Assembly (NCBI GenBank): GCA_965207375.1
Contig: OZ242274.1
Span: forward strand, 1,792,001-1,856,000
Source of the DNA: Nitrosopumilaceae archaeon
GTDB taxonomy: Archaea > Thermoproteota > Nitrososphaeria > Nitrososphaerales > Nitrosopumilaceae
Reading direction: 5' to 3'
DNA: 64,000 nt
The stretch's first letter is position 1, and each line of letters begins with the position of its first letter. A model generated the notes under the pieces. That model saw only the letters and a list, made by a program, of their open reading frames with translations, searched no databases and had not been told where the DNA came from. The translations under genes and the position numbers were made by a program. This document shows, piece by piece, positions 21,428 through 30,520 of the stretch.

Positions 21428-21830
21428 TCACGTCCTTATTTTCCTTAACCGTTCCAAATCAATGCAGATTCTATCCACGACCATCTTAATTTCCTCATCA
21501 GTGTTAAATTGGTTACATAGTATTCGTATGGGTGAGTGAGTCTGTTCCTCTGAGATGTCAAGTGCCAAAAACACATGTGACGGGCTCATCGATCGAGTAG
21601 TGTATGCAGAACCTGCAAAATTCTGTCAGAAACAGAATTTATCATGGATTTACCTCCTATTCCATCAAATCACATATTGAGATTATGTACAAGTCTCTTG
21701 GTTGGATGGCCGTTAAGCTTTTGCTTCCATATTAGATAACGCATCAAACATGTATCTTGTCCATCTTTTGAATTTAGAGTTTTTACTATTAATTTCATTA
21801 AACGCAATCTTCACCGCTTTTGTAAAAGTA
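21428..21830 (-). pseudogene. C-terminal remnant of a cysteine desulfurase (IscS/DndA-like)
   Basis: Across frameshifts and a stop: KAVKIAFNE...LNGHPTKRLVHNLNM*FDGIGGKSMI...AGSAYTTRSMSPSHVFLAL...IRI...FNTDEEI; catalytic GSAC reads GSAY. Confidence 0.8.
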
Positions 21831-22307
21831 TAGATTCGTTTTGCATTTGGTATTTTTATCTTGCAGACAAGTGATATGCAGGTCAGCGCACTTGCCAGAA
21901 AACTTGTGCTTCTGGCAGTAAATACACCAGAACAGGGATAATCAAGCAGAATCACCTCAGAGCAGGCCCTGCCTAGTTTGCTGTCTCGTACAGTAGTAAT
22001 TGTAACGGATTTTGATGAAATAGCTGCAGCAGCTATGTTGGATGCAGTATTGCCAGAAATCGATATCAAGTATAGTCGCTTGTTTTTAGAGGTCTTGTTT
22101 TTTTATCAGGTCTAGAGGATCTGAGCTTCTCACGGTAAAATTAGAAAAAGATTCTGCAAGTATTGCAGCAGACAGTGAATCCCCGCTTCCACAAAAGACG
22201 GATTTTTTTTGAGAGTATATAGATAAAGGGGTTTGTGCAATAAAGGACTCTAGAAAATCCAATTGCAGTTCTATATCGCACTCGTAGGCAGCAATGGTAT
22301 TCAACAT
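21830..22307 (-). pseudogene. SIS-domain sugar isomerase, frameshifted and 3'-truncated
   Basis: FCGSGDSL and ISISGNT in different frames; joined to the desulfurase remnant near 21830. Confidence 0.85.
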
Positions 22308-22428
22308 GTGTTTTTTGTACCATACACTACTTGAATTCTTTGATAAGCATATAATGACACATCAGAATCATATTATTTTGAATCGACACCCTTGGGTTCT
22401 TTGATATTTATATCGAGTTAAAACAGAT

Positions 22429-23262
22429 TTGACATTGAGGATTTCAGTAGGGCACACACCTGATTCAGATGATGCATTCATGTTTTATGGTATGTTTACA
22501 GGCAAGATAGAATCAAAAGATTTTGAGGTAAATCACGTAATAGAGGATATTGAAAAATTAAACAGACGTGCAGTGAATCCGGATTTAGATGTGACTGCAG
22601 TTTCTGTTCATGCATGTGCATACATTCCCAGATACACCATACTAAGAGGCGGTGGAAGTTTTGGTATCAATTATGGACCCATTGTCACTGCAAAAAAAGA
22701 GATAGACATTGACAAACTCAAAAAATGTAGAATTGCAATTCCTGGGAAAATGACGTCTGCATTTTTGCTATTACAGTTAATGATAGGCAAATTTGATTAT
22801 ACAGAAATGAATTTCAGCGACATACCAAAGGCAGTAAAAGATGGTAGCGTAGATGCGGGCCTTGTAATTCACGAAACACAGTTATCATATTTGCAAGAAG
22901 ACAATGTCAAAATTTTAGATGTTGGAAAATGGTGGGATAAACAAACCGGAGGACTTCCCGTACCCTTGGGAATCAATGTAATGAGGACAGATTTAGGCAA
23001 AGAAACCATTGTAAAGTTTGACAGATACCTGCAAGAATCAATAAAGTACGGTCGTGCCAACTTTGAAGATGCACTAGAATACTCTATGAAATACAGTAGA
23101 GGAAAGCAAAGGGATTTGATTTCAAAATTTGTAAAGATGTATGTAAATGATGTCACTGTAAATATGGGTTCAGATGGCGAAAAATCAATTAGAAAAATCT
23201 TTGAGATGGCAAAAAAGATGGACCTAGTTCCAGACTTTGATTTGAAAATAGCGCCACAATAA
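22429..23262 (+). CDS. mqnD: 1,4-dihydroxy-6-naphthoate synthase (futalosine pathway)
   Basis: GHTPDSDDAFMFY, AIPGKMTSA, GLVIHE, LPVPLG, MYVN. Confidence 0.92.
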   Translation: MTLRISVGHTPDSDDAFMFYGMFTGKIESKDFEVNHVIEDIEKLNRRAVNPDLDVTAVSVHACAYIPRYTILRGGGSFGINYGPIVTAKKEIDIDKLKKCRIAIPGKMTSAFLLLQLMIGKFDYTEMNFSDIPKAVKDGSVDAGLVIHETQLSYLQEDNVKILDVGKWWDKQTGGLPVPLGINVMRTDLGKETIVKFDRYLQESIKYGRANFEDALEYSMKYSRGKQRDLISKFVKMYVNDVTVNMGSDGEKSIRKIFEMAKKMDLVPDFDLKIAPQ

Positions 23263-23498
23263 GCAAATGTTTAAAATCGTCAGACAGATAAAGCAAAAAC
23301 ATCAATTGCAGGTAAACATTTGTTTGATCTTTGATGGATCAGTTCTAAATACAATCAGGTTCTAATATAAGTACCAAAGGTATCGTAAGACCATCGGAGT
23401 CTTGTCATCTCCTAGGTCATTGCTTCCCAGTGTACAGGAACAATCCTTGGGACACACTGCCTTTGGTTGATTTTTCATATTTGGTCTATGAATTAATG

Positions 23499-23593
23499 GT
23501 AAGTGTTAGCTTCACGCCTGAATTAATTCTATCTTTTGACGGCAAGTAATTTCATGTCTAAAATTACTGTATCTTCAAAACTCTAACAGATAT
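23499..23593. mobile_element. Degenerate family A MITE, inverted orientation
   Basis: Reverse complement aligns with 13288-13388 (AAATTACTTGCCGTCAAAAGATAGAAT...AACACTTAC); no intact duplication. Confidence 0.8.
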
Positions 23594-23685
23594 GTGATTT
23601 GTTATACTGTTATGAATGTAAAATTTAAAGAACAATCAGTGACAATTAGTTTATTGCAGGATGCATATCTTGCGAGTTTACCATC

Positions 23686-24066
23686 TCAGATAACACAATT
23701 GCGATCCCAAGAAACGTCTCGCGGAAACCAAATACCAGTGTGAGACGGATAATCATCTTCTTGTAGGTCTTCAATCTCAAGTTCTATACCATATTCGGAA
23801 TTGACGGTTTTTTTGGCATCTCCAACATTGAGAACTGCAAAGCGCCCGTTTGATGTTATGCTGTGGTGTCTACCAAATTCATCTCTTACTTTCTTCATGC
23901 CGCTTTCCAAATCTACCATGTCAAAATATTCAATCCAATTAGACGATAAAAATTTTTCACCGTCTCGAAACTCAAAGGCCCCAGGTATTGGAAGATTATT
24001 TTTCCCAAGTCTAGAAGCTAAACAATATCTTGCTACAGGATTATCACTAGAAAGAGGTTCAGTCAT
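23686..24066 (-). CDS. Hypothetical protein, possibly ADP-ribosyltransferase-like toxin fold; C-terminus may be frameshifted
   Basis: ARY...AFEFR..E..LSSNW.E.F...SHTGI pattern; ATGA-coupled to the upstream pseudogene. Confidence 0.55.
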   Translation of the reverse strand: MTEPLSSDNPVARYCLASRLGKNNLPIPGAFEFRDGEKFLSSNWIEYFDMVDLESGMKKVRDEFGRHHSITSNGRFAVLNVGDAKKTVNSEYGIELEIEDLQEDDYPSHTGIWFPRDVSWDRNCVI

Positions 24067-24600
24067 CGCACAATCAATTTGCTCAAAAATTCTTTGATAT
24101 GATACATCATTTTATGCGGGGGCAATGTTCCGCTGATTTTTCTCTTTGGGATATAGAATCATGCGGACTAAACACAACTGCAAACATAATGTCACCAGAT
24201 GGTAGAAAATTCATTGTCAAGGTACCATAGTCTGGCACCTTCCAAACTGCCTGCAATAATCCATTTGGGTTTGTTCCAATATCAGGATTTGGAAGTTTAT
24301 ATTCTGATATTATGAATCAAGCAAAATTTTGTAGTGAGTTGAGTAGAATGGGTTTTTCTTTTTCATCTTTCTCAATCGCATCATGCAAAAATGCCAATCT
24401 ATTTGCAATGATATCATATCCGAATATTCTAATTTCGTCAATAATGTCTTCTTTTGTTGCATGTTATAGAGGTTCGTACAAAAAATCAGGCCTTCCCATA
24501 TGGGCTTTAGAATTAGGCAAGATACACACATCAGATAGTGAAGTATAAGACGGATTTAATTCTGTCGAGTTTGCAACAATCTCCTCTAGTTTATCATTTA
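24063..24600 (-). pseudogene. Decayed partner gene of 23686
   Basis: Frame IANRLAFLHDAIEKD...QNFA*FII...PDIGTNPNGLLQAVW with in-frame TAA and TGA; start uncertain. Confidence 0.65.
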
Positions 24601-24769
24601 TTTTTTTTTATTTCTTTTATTTCATCAAAGATATCAGAAAATGTCACATGCAGTAGTTAGATAAGACATCCAAATTATCAAATGTTAAAACAGAGATCTG
24701 TGTTTAAACGATTAAAATCATATTCTAAAGAACAGAGCAAAAATTAAGATAAAAAAGTAAAAAAAGTGA

Positions 24770-25117
24770 TCATTTGAAAGAACGAGCTTTGCTTACGATC
24801 TTTTTATGATCAAAGTTTGGATTAGTGGTAACGTATAGTAAGTGACTTTTGCCTGCTGGTAATGTGATACGTTTTACTTTATCATATTCAGCAACTGCAT
24901 ATTTGCACTTTCCTAATTTACGTGCCAGTTGTTTTCGTTTTTTCCATTGGCTTGCGGCCATCTTCAAAGAAGCCTTACTTTCTCCAGGAGAAAGACGATT
25001 TTGTGTTGTTTTTCGTCTTGCGTGATAAACTAGATTACCATTCATGTCACAAATGGTAACTACTCTAACGCCAGTACCTACTTTGAGTAATTTTTCAGCT
25101 GCGGTTGCAACATCCAT
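24770..25117 (-). CDS. Roadblock-like (DUF6659-type) protein
   Basis: VRVVTICDMNG...KLGKCKYAVAEYDKVKRITLP; start placed at MDVATAA. Confidence 0.8.
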   Translation of the reverse strand: MDVATAAEKLLKVGTGVRVVTICDMNGNLVYHARRKTTQNRLSPGESKASLKMAASQWKKRKQLARKLGKCKYAVAEYDKVKRITLPAGKSHLLYVTTNPNFDHKKIVSKARSFK

Positions 25118-25448
25118 GCGTTTTTGAGTAAAATAATAGGTGATAAAGTTTTCCAAAATAGGTGCAGAGTAATTTTTTCTAGAAAAATTGTCAAATACTG
25201 AACATATATGATCGGGCCATATATTAGAAAACTTCAAACACAATACAATTTGAGGTTTACAAAAATAGCAGTATGTCTTGCTAAATTAACAAACGATCAA
25301 AAAATACAAACTAGAATACAAGATAATTGTTATTTTCTGAAATTGTCAAAATTTACGCACCTAATACGTATCTTACATATGCAATAAACTAGATTGATTC
25401 TGTTTACTTTAACTAGGTTTTTATTTTGAATTTAAGGTATCTTAACTA

Positions 25449-25829
25449 GTGACGGACGATTCAAAATACAAAATGTATGAAGAAAAATGCAATTACATCC
25501 TAACTGAGGATAACATTAGATTTGCAGGAATTGTAAATGATGAGGGACAATTAGTTGCAGGTGGCCAGCGCAAAGGTGTTCCACCCTTAGAGGACAGCGA
25601 ATCAAAACTACAATCATTTATTGAATTTGTATCCAAAGTATCAATAAGAAAAGATTATGACAAAAGTCTTGGACCCATTAATTATCTTGCGGCAAGACGC
25701 GACAAAGTAGTTCTGATAAGCTTTCCATTTCCCGTATCTCAGATCCTGCTTTTGGTTACTGCAGAGCCTACTGTCAATATTGAAAATCTTGCAAAAAAAA
25801 TAGTAGATATTTTTACAGGTGTACAATAA
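25449..25829 (+). CDS. Roadblock-like (DUF6659-type) protein
   Basis: IRFAGIVNDEG...YDKSLGPINY...RDKV. Confidence 0.8.
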   Translation: MTDDSKYKMYEEKCNYILTEDNIRFAGIVNDEGQLVAGGQRKGVPPLEDSESKLQSFIEFVSKVSIRKDYDKSLGPINYLAARRDKVVLISFPFPVSQILLLVTAEPTVNIENLAKKIVDIFTGVQ

Positions 25830-26200
25830 TGGCAGAGTTTGCAACATCAATTAATTGCATTGACGGAAGAGTTCAGGGCCCAATTTCAAAATGGATTAAA
25901 GAAAACCATAGTGTGAAATTCGTAGATGTAATATCAGAACCCGGATGCGATTTGACATTATCTGGGACATCAGATGTAGAATCTAGCTTGAAGGCAAAAG
26001 CCGAAATCTCAATTAATGCTCATAAATCAAAATTGATTTTTGTTTCTGGACATCATCAATGTGCTGCAAATCCAGTTTCAAAAGAAGAACATATTATACA
26101 TATCAAAAAAGCAGTCAAGCAAGTTAACTCTTGGAATTTGCCTGCAGACGTAATTGGATTATGGGTAAATGATTCTTGGAATGTAGAGTTGGTAAAATAA
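25829..26200 (+). CDS. Small beta-class-like carbonic anhydrase
   Basis: Zn-ligand motifs CIDGR (CxDxR) and HHQC (HxxC). Confidence 0.8.
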   Translation: MAEFATSINCIDGRVQGPISKWIKENHSVKFVDVISEPGCDLTLSGTSDVESSLKAKAEISINAHKSKLIFVSGHHQCAANPVSKEEHIIHIKKAVKQVNSWNLPADVIGLWVNDSWNVELVK

Positions 26201-27423
26201 ATTCAATGAATCTTTGCTTAATGATACCTGGTGGATTTGCTGTGAGGTTGATTTTATTTTCATCTGTTCTGATACTGATGCTTAGCACAGGTATTGCGTT
26301 TAGTGAAATTAACTCTGTAAATCTAGACAAGTCGTCGTATAAAGAAGGCGATACAGTAAATGTTTCAGGCAAGGTTACATATAATTCAACGAATCCAGAT
26401 GTTATAATTCAGGTAATTACTCCTGATGGTGCTCAAGGAGCATATTTTAATCAGATTCGTGCAAATGCAAACGGTGATTTTTCTACAAGTTTTGTGACAG
26501 GTGGAAAAACGTGGAGCATGTCAGGCACATACACTCTCAAGGTTTCTTATTTTGGTTCTGTTGAAAAGGATTTGAATTTTTCACTTGCTTCAGAGTCCTC
26601 TTCTGATTCATCTAGTTCAAGCACAAAACAATCAGGTTCAGATACAAAACAATCAGGTTCAGATACAAAACAGTCAGGTTCAGACACTGCACAATCTAGT
26701 TCATCATCAGGTTCAGAATCCTCAGCGCAGGCAAGTTCATCTAGTTCAGATACAAAACAGTCAGGATCAGGATCCAATTTAGGAACACAGCCTGCACAGG
26801 AATCAGTCAAGACCTCTGAACCGGTATCTTCAGAATATGCCATTGATAAAATCGCCCTAAAATCCAAAGTCGACAATTTTCCCGAATTAGACAAGGCACC
26901 TCAATATTATATTGACAGATACAACAACGAACCTGACTACAAAGCATGGTTTGATTCGGTTTTTCCCAGATATTCCATTGAGGATGTAGTGGCTTATTCA
27001 AAAACCCGGGTTTTGGATTATCCAGATAATAAAAAGCCGCCCCAATATTATATTGACAGATACAACAACGAGGTAGATTACAAAGCATGGTTTGATTCTG
27101 CATTTCCAGACAAAACACTGTACGAGGTATTAGGATTTGCAGAACCCACAAATATTCCAGCATGGATAAAAAACAATGTACAATTATGGAGTACAGAAAA
27201 AATTGACGAGTCCGTGTTTTTGGCAGGGATAAAATTCATGTTAGAAAACAACATCATTCAAATCCCCAACCTACCTGATTCTACAGGTTCCCTCACAAAT
27301 ACGCCTGATTGGGTAAAAGATACCGCAATAGGATGGGCATCTGATTTGACTTCTGAATCTGAATTTGCAGACGCAATCAGATATTTAGTTAAACAGGGAG
27401 TTATTATAGTCGAGTTCAGATGA
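26176..27423 (+). CDS. Secreted protein: Ig-like domain, Ser-rich linker, duplicated module, thaumarchaeal IPxWIKN C-terminal domain
   Basis: Signal ...STGIAFS; PQYYIDRYNNExDYKAWFDSxFP twice; true start probably near 26206-26240. Confidence 0.85.
   Translation: MECRVGKINSMNLCLMIPGGFAVRLILFSSVLILMLSTGIAFSEINSVNLDKSSYKEGDTVNVSGKVTYNSTNPDVIIQVITPDGAQGAYFNQIRANANGDFSTSFVTGGKTWSMSGTYTLKVSYFGSVEKDLNFSLASESSSDSSSSSTKQSGSDTKQSGSDTKQSGSDTAQSSSSSGSESSAQASSSSSDTKQSGSGSNLGTQPAQESVKTSEPVSSEYAIDKIALKSKVDNFPELDKAPQYYIDRYNNEPDYKAWFDSVFPRYSIEDVVAYSKTRVLDYPDNKKPPQYYIDRYNNEVDYKAWFDSAFPDKTLYEVLGFAEPTNIPAWIKNNVQLWSTEKIDESVFLAGIKFMLENNIIQIPNLPDSTGSLTNTPDWVKDTAIGWASDLTSESEFADAIRYLVKQGVIIVEFR
26623..26685 (+). repeat. 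21-bp coding tandem repeat (TKQSGSD) x3
   Basis: acaaaacaatcaggttcagat repeated. Confidence 0.9.
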
Positions 27424-27629
27424 GATACTAGTATAGCGGTGCACAATTTGAAACAATGCGTGTTTCAAACCATATCGGTACACAATGTAGGTATTTGAAA
27501 AAAAGTACTTGTTCATCTAGTGCTTAATTTTTTAATCATGACATCACCATCTGGGTACAGATTAACTCTTACGTGAACAAATACGAAAAAATATACAAGA
27601 TATTTTAATGGTAAATTTCTAAGATACAC

Positions 27630-28085
27630 ATGAAAGCTACATTTGCAGCAGGGTGTTTTTGGCATGTTGAGGCGTTGTTTCAAAAAATTGACGGTGTAAC
27701 TGATACCAAGGTTGGCTATACTGATGGAACAATTGAAAACCCCACATATGAGCAGGTATGCACTGATTTGACAGACCATGCAGAGGCAGTACAGGTGCAA
27801 TATGATCCGCAAAAAGTTTCCTTTGAACAGCTATTAGAGATATTTTGGAAAAATCATGATCCTACCACAATAAATAGACAGGGACCAGACATTGGAAAAC
27901 AATATCGCTCTGCAGTTTTTGTCCACTCTGAGGAACATCTCAGAAAAGCAGTCACATCTAAAACCAAATTGGAAAATTCCGGACAGTTTCAAAAGCCCAT
28001 AGTTACAGAAGTAAAGCCTGCCAGAACATTTTATCCTGCAGAAGAATACCACCAAAAGTATTTTGAAAAAAACAAAATAGACTAG
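27630..28085 (+). CDS. msrA: Peptide methionine sulfoxide reductase MsrA
   Basis: AAGCFW, NRQGPDIGKQYRS, AEEYHQKY. Confidence 0.97.
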   Translation: MKATFAAGCFWHVEALFQKIDGVTDTKVGYTDGTIENPTYEQVCTDLTDHAEAVQVQYDPQKVSFEQLLEIFWKNHDPTTINRQGPDIGKQYRSAVFVHSEEHLRKAVTSKTKLENSGQFQKPIVTEVKPARTFYPAEEYHQKYFEKNKID

Positions 28086-28088
28086 AGG

Positions 28089-28514
28089 TTACTTTACAAC
28101 AAGAATCGGAATCTTTGAAGAATGAATAACAAAGTTTGATGTGCTTCCAAAAAACATCTCCTTTAATGATCCTCTTCCTCTAGAACCAATTACTATCATG
28201 TCAAACTTTGCAGATTTAGAGTGTGCTAGTTTGAGAATGTTATATCCTATATTTCCAGAGACTAGTTTGGAGTCATGTGCAACGTTGTTTTTATCTAATA
28301 GATGTTCTGCTTTTTCCATGAACTTTTTAATTTCTGCCTTGTTTTTGTCACTGATTGTACCAGTGCCTTTGAATTCAGAGTTTGTAGGCACATACATAGA
28401 ATGAACAAGAGTAATTGCGGCCCCAGATGTTTGTGCCACAGTTACTGCCATATTCAACCCTCGAAACGAATTAGTTGATCCATCTATTGGAACTAAAATT
28501 CTTCTAATAGCCAT
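28089..28514 (-). CDS. Universal stress protein
   Basis: ILVPIDGS...IVIGSRGRG...FGSTS...PILVVK. Confidence 0.95.
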   Translation of the reverse strand: MAIRRILVPIDGSTNSFRGLNMAVTVAQTSGAAITLVHSMYVPTNSEFKGTGTISDKNKAEIKKFMEKAEHLLDKNNVAHDSKLVSGNIGYNILKLAHSKSAKFDMIVIGSRGRGSLKEMFFGSTSNFVIHSSKIPILVVK

Positions 28515-28597
28515 AACATGTCACCGATTGTCTTATTAAAAAAGATTTTAATCAAAAAGATACACTGATCGCAGATATTGATAAAATTTATCTACCG

Positions 28598-29410
28598 ATG
28601 CCATATGATGCAAGGTTGTTGGATGAAAAATTCATCCTTGTAGATGGAAATAAAATTCGATATCTAGATTCGTCCTCAGATCGTCCCGTTCTTATTCTAC
28701 TGCATGGTCTAGGTGCCTCAGCAGAACGCTGGGAATACGTTGTTCCGATCCTACAGAAATACTTTAGAGTCATAGTGCCGGATTTGATCGGATTTGGTTT
28801 AAGCGACAAGCCCCTAGTAGATTATACCCCCCAATTGTTTACAAAATTTTTAGAACACTTTATTACAATCTTAAAGATCCCAAAAACGCACATTATCGGA
28901 TCCTCGTTAGGCGGCCAGATTGCAGCAGAATATGCGTCTCAAAATGACAACCATATAGACAAACTCATTTTAGTATCACCTGCAGGAGTCATGAAATCTT
29001 CGACTCCGGCGTTAGACACATACATCATGGCTGCCCTATATCCCAATTTTGAAGGTGTAAAAAATGCATTCAAAATCATGGCAGGATCTCCAAAAAATAT
29101 AGAAGTAAAAATCATCAAAGGATTTGTAAAACGAATGCAAACACCCAATGCAAAAATGGCATTCATGTCTACGTTACTAGGATTAAAAAATTCCAAGCCC
29201 ATTACACAAAAACTCCGGTCCATAGTTGTTCCCACCATGATCATTTGGGGGGTAAGGGATCCCGTAATTCCAATAAAATATGCAGACAAATTTGTATCTG
29301 CCATACATGACTGCAGATTCGTTAGACTAGACTATTGTGGTCATTCCCCATATGCAGAAGATCCGGATAGATTTTGCAGTATAGTGCTTGATTTTTTTAA
29401 GAATTCATAA
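28598..29410 (+). CDS. Alpha/beta hydrolase (candidate PHA depolymerase by context)
   Basis: LLHGLG, GSSLGG nucleophile elbow, D in RDPVIP, H in GHSP. Confidence 0.9.
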   Translation: MPYDARLLDEKFILVDGNKIRYLDSSSDRPVLILLHGLGASAERWEYVVPILQKYFRVIVPDLIGFGLSDKPLVDYTPQLFTKFLEHFITILKIPKTHIIGSSLGGQIAAEYASQNDNHIDKLILVSPAGVMKSSTPALDTYIMAALYPNFEGVKNAFKIMAGSPKNIEVKIIKGFVKRMQTPNAKMAFMSTLLGLKNSKPITQKLRSIVVPTMIIWGVRDPVIPIKYADKFVSAIHDCRFVRLDYCGHSPYAEDPDRFCSIVLDFFKNS

Positions 29411-29448
29411 TACATGATTTATATACCCCTGTAATCCAATGGTTACCA

Positions 29449-29868
29449 ATGAGCGGTAATCAAAACCAATATGATCCTTCAGTAATGTTCCAAGAATGGA
29501 TCAAAAAAAGCGGCAATGCACAAACAGAATTCATGCGTAATTTCGCCTCATTGATGGGAGATAATCAAACCTTCAATCCACTAGTTACGCTAAAAGAGAT
29601 TAGTGAAAAAACTGCTCGAGTCCAAAATGATGTCATCAATGAAATTACATCATTGCAAAATCAGGCAGTAGACAAGATGCTAAATGTTGGTCAAATATTT
29701 CCAAATTTAGCAAACTGGGGAGCCTATAAAACTACCATTGGAAGCAACGGTAGAATCTCGATTCCGGAAGCTGAGCGTGACGCTCTCGGATTAAGTGAAG
29801 GCGATCTTGTACAAGTAATTGTCCTCCCTGTTTCAAAAAAATCAAAAAATAAGGAGGTGAAACAATGA
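29449..29868 (+). CDS. AbrB/SpoVT-domain protein, PhaR-like
   Basis: C-terminal TTIGSNGRISIPEAERDALGLSEGDLVQV; ATGA overlap with the phasin-like gene. Confidence 0.8.
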   Translation: MSGNQNQYDPSVMFQEWIKKSGNAQTEFMRNFASLMGDNQTFNPLVTLKEISEKTARVQNDVINEITSLQNQAVDKMLNVGQIFPNLANWGAYKTTIGSNGRISIPEAERDALGLSEGDLVQVIVLPVSKKSKNKEVKQ

Positions 29869-30293
29869 GTAAAAACGAGCAACCCCATTCAAATCCAAAA
29901 GACGTGTTTTCAGTATATCAACACAGCTTTGATAAATTCTTCAACACCGTAAAGCAATCAGTACCACAGTATCATCAATCAGTAACTAACGTGCAACAAG
30001 AGTACTTGCGATCATGTGAGAACTTTGTAAATTCAGCAGTTAGCTTGCAAAAAGAATTTGCAAGAAAAACCGGAATCAGCACAGCAGTACCAGAAGCAAC
30101 AACAAAACTAGTACGTGAATCATCAGAGGAGATAATAAAATCCTCAAACATCAACAATCAGATAGTGCTAGCAGCAATTGATGCAACACAACAAAACATC
30201 AAAACGTTTAACGACAATACAAAGTCCTTTGCAGAGGTAAACAAAAACATACTACAGTCTTGGATTGCAGCACTTATACCAAGAAATAACTAG
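29865..30293 (+). CDS. Phasin-like helical protein (PhaP candidate)
   Basis: Amphipathic Q/N/S-rich helical pattern; GGAGGTGA RBS; phaEC neighbourhood. Confidence 0.65.
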   Translation: MSKNEQPHSNPKDVFSVYQHSFDKFFNTVKQSVPQYHQSVTNVQQEYLRSCENFVNSAVSLQKEFARKTGISTAVPEATTKLVRESSEEIIKSSNINNQIVLAAIDATQQNIKTFNDNTKSFAEVNKNILQSWIAALIPRNN

Positions 30294-30520
30294 AAATTTT
30301 TTATTTCTTTTTTTATTTTTGAGCATTTTTAATTTTAGACATATCGTACAATCTAATCATGGCATATATTTTACAGATATGAAAAGATATTTTTTGCAAT
30401 AACTGATTATGATATTAGATTTTTGCTGGCATGATATATTGCAGACTGCAAGGATGAACACATGCTGAAAACCTACTCAAAGCTACAGCGGTTCGTGTCA
30501 GAAAAATACCTACAGAATTG

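Larger units (their letters stand above)
19443..21431 (-). pseudogene. About 150-aa gene interrupted by IS66; C-terminal motif resembles the SAM-lyase fold
   Basis: Removing the IS and one duplication joins ...GIKESKI to IELKQHYTQKSVLKINSDGNIEYI* in frame; family call is tentative. Confidence 0.75.
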
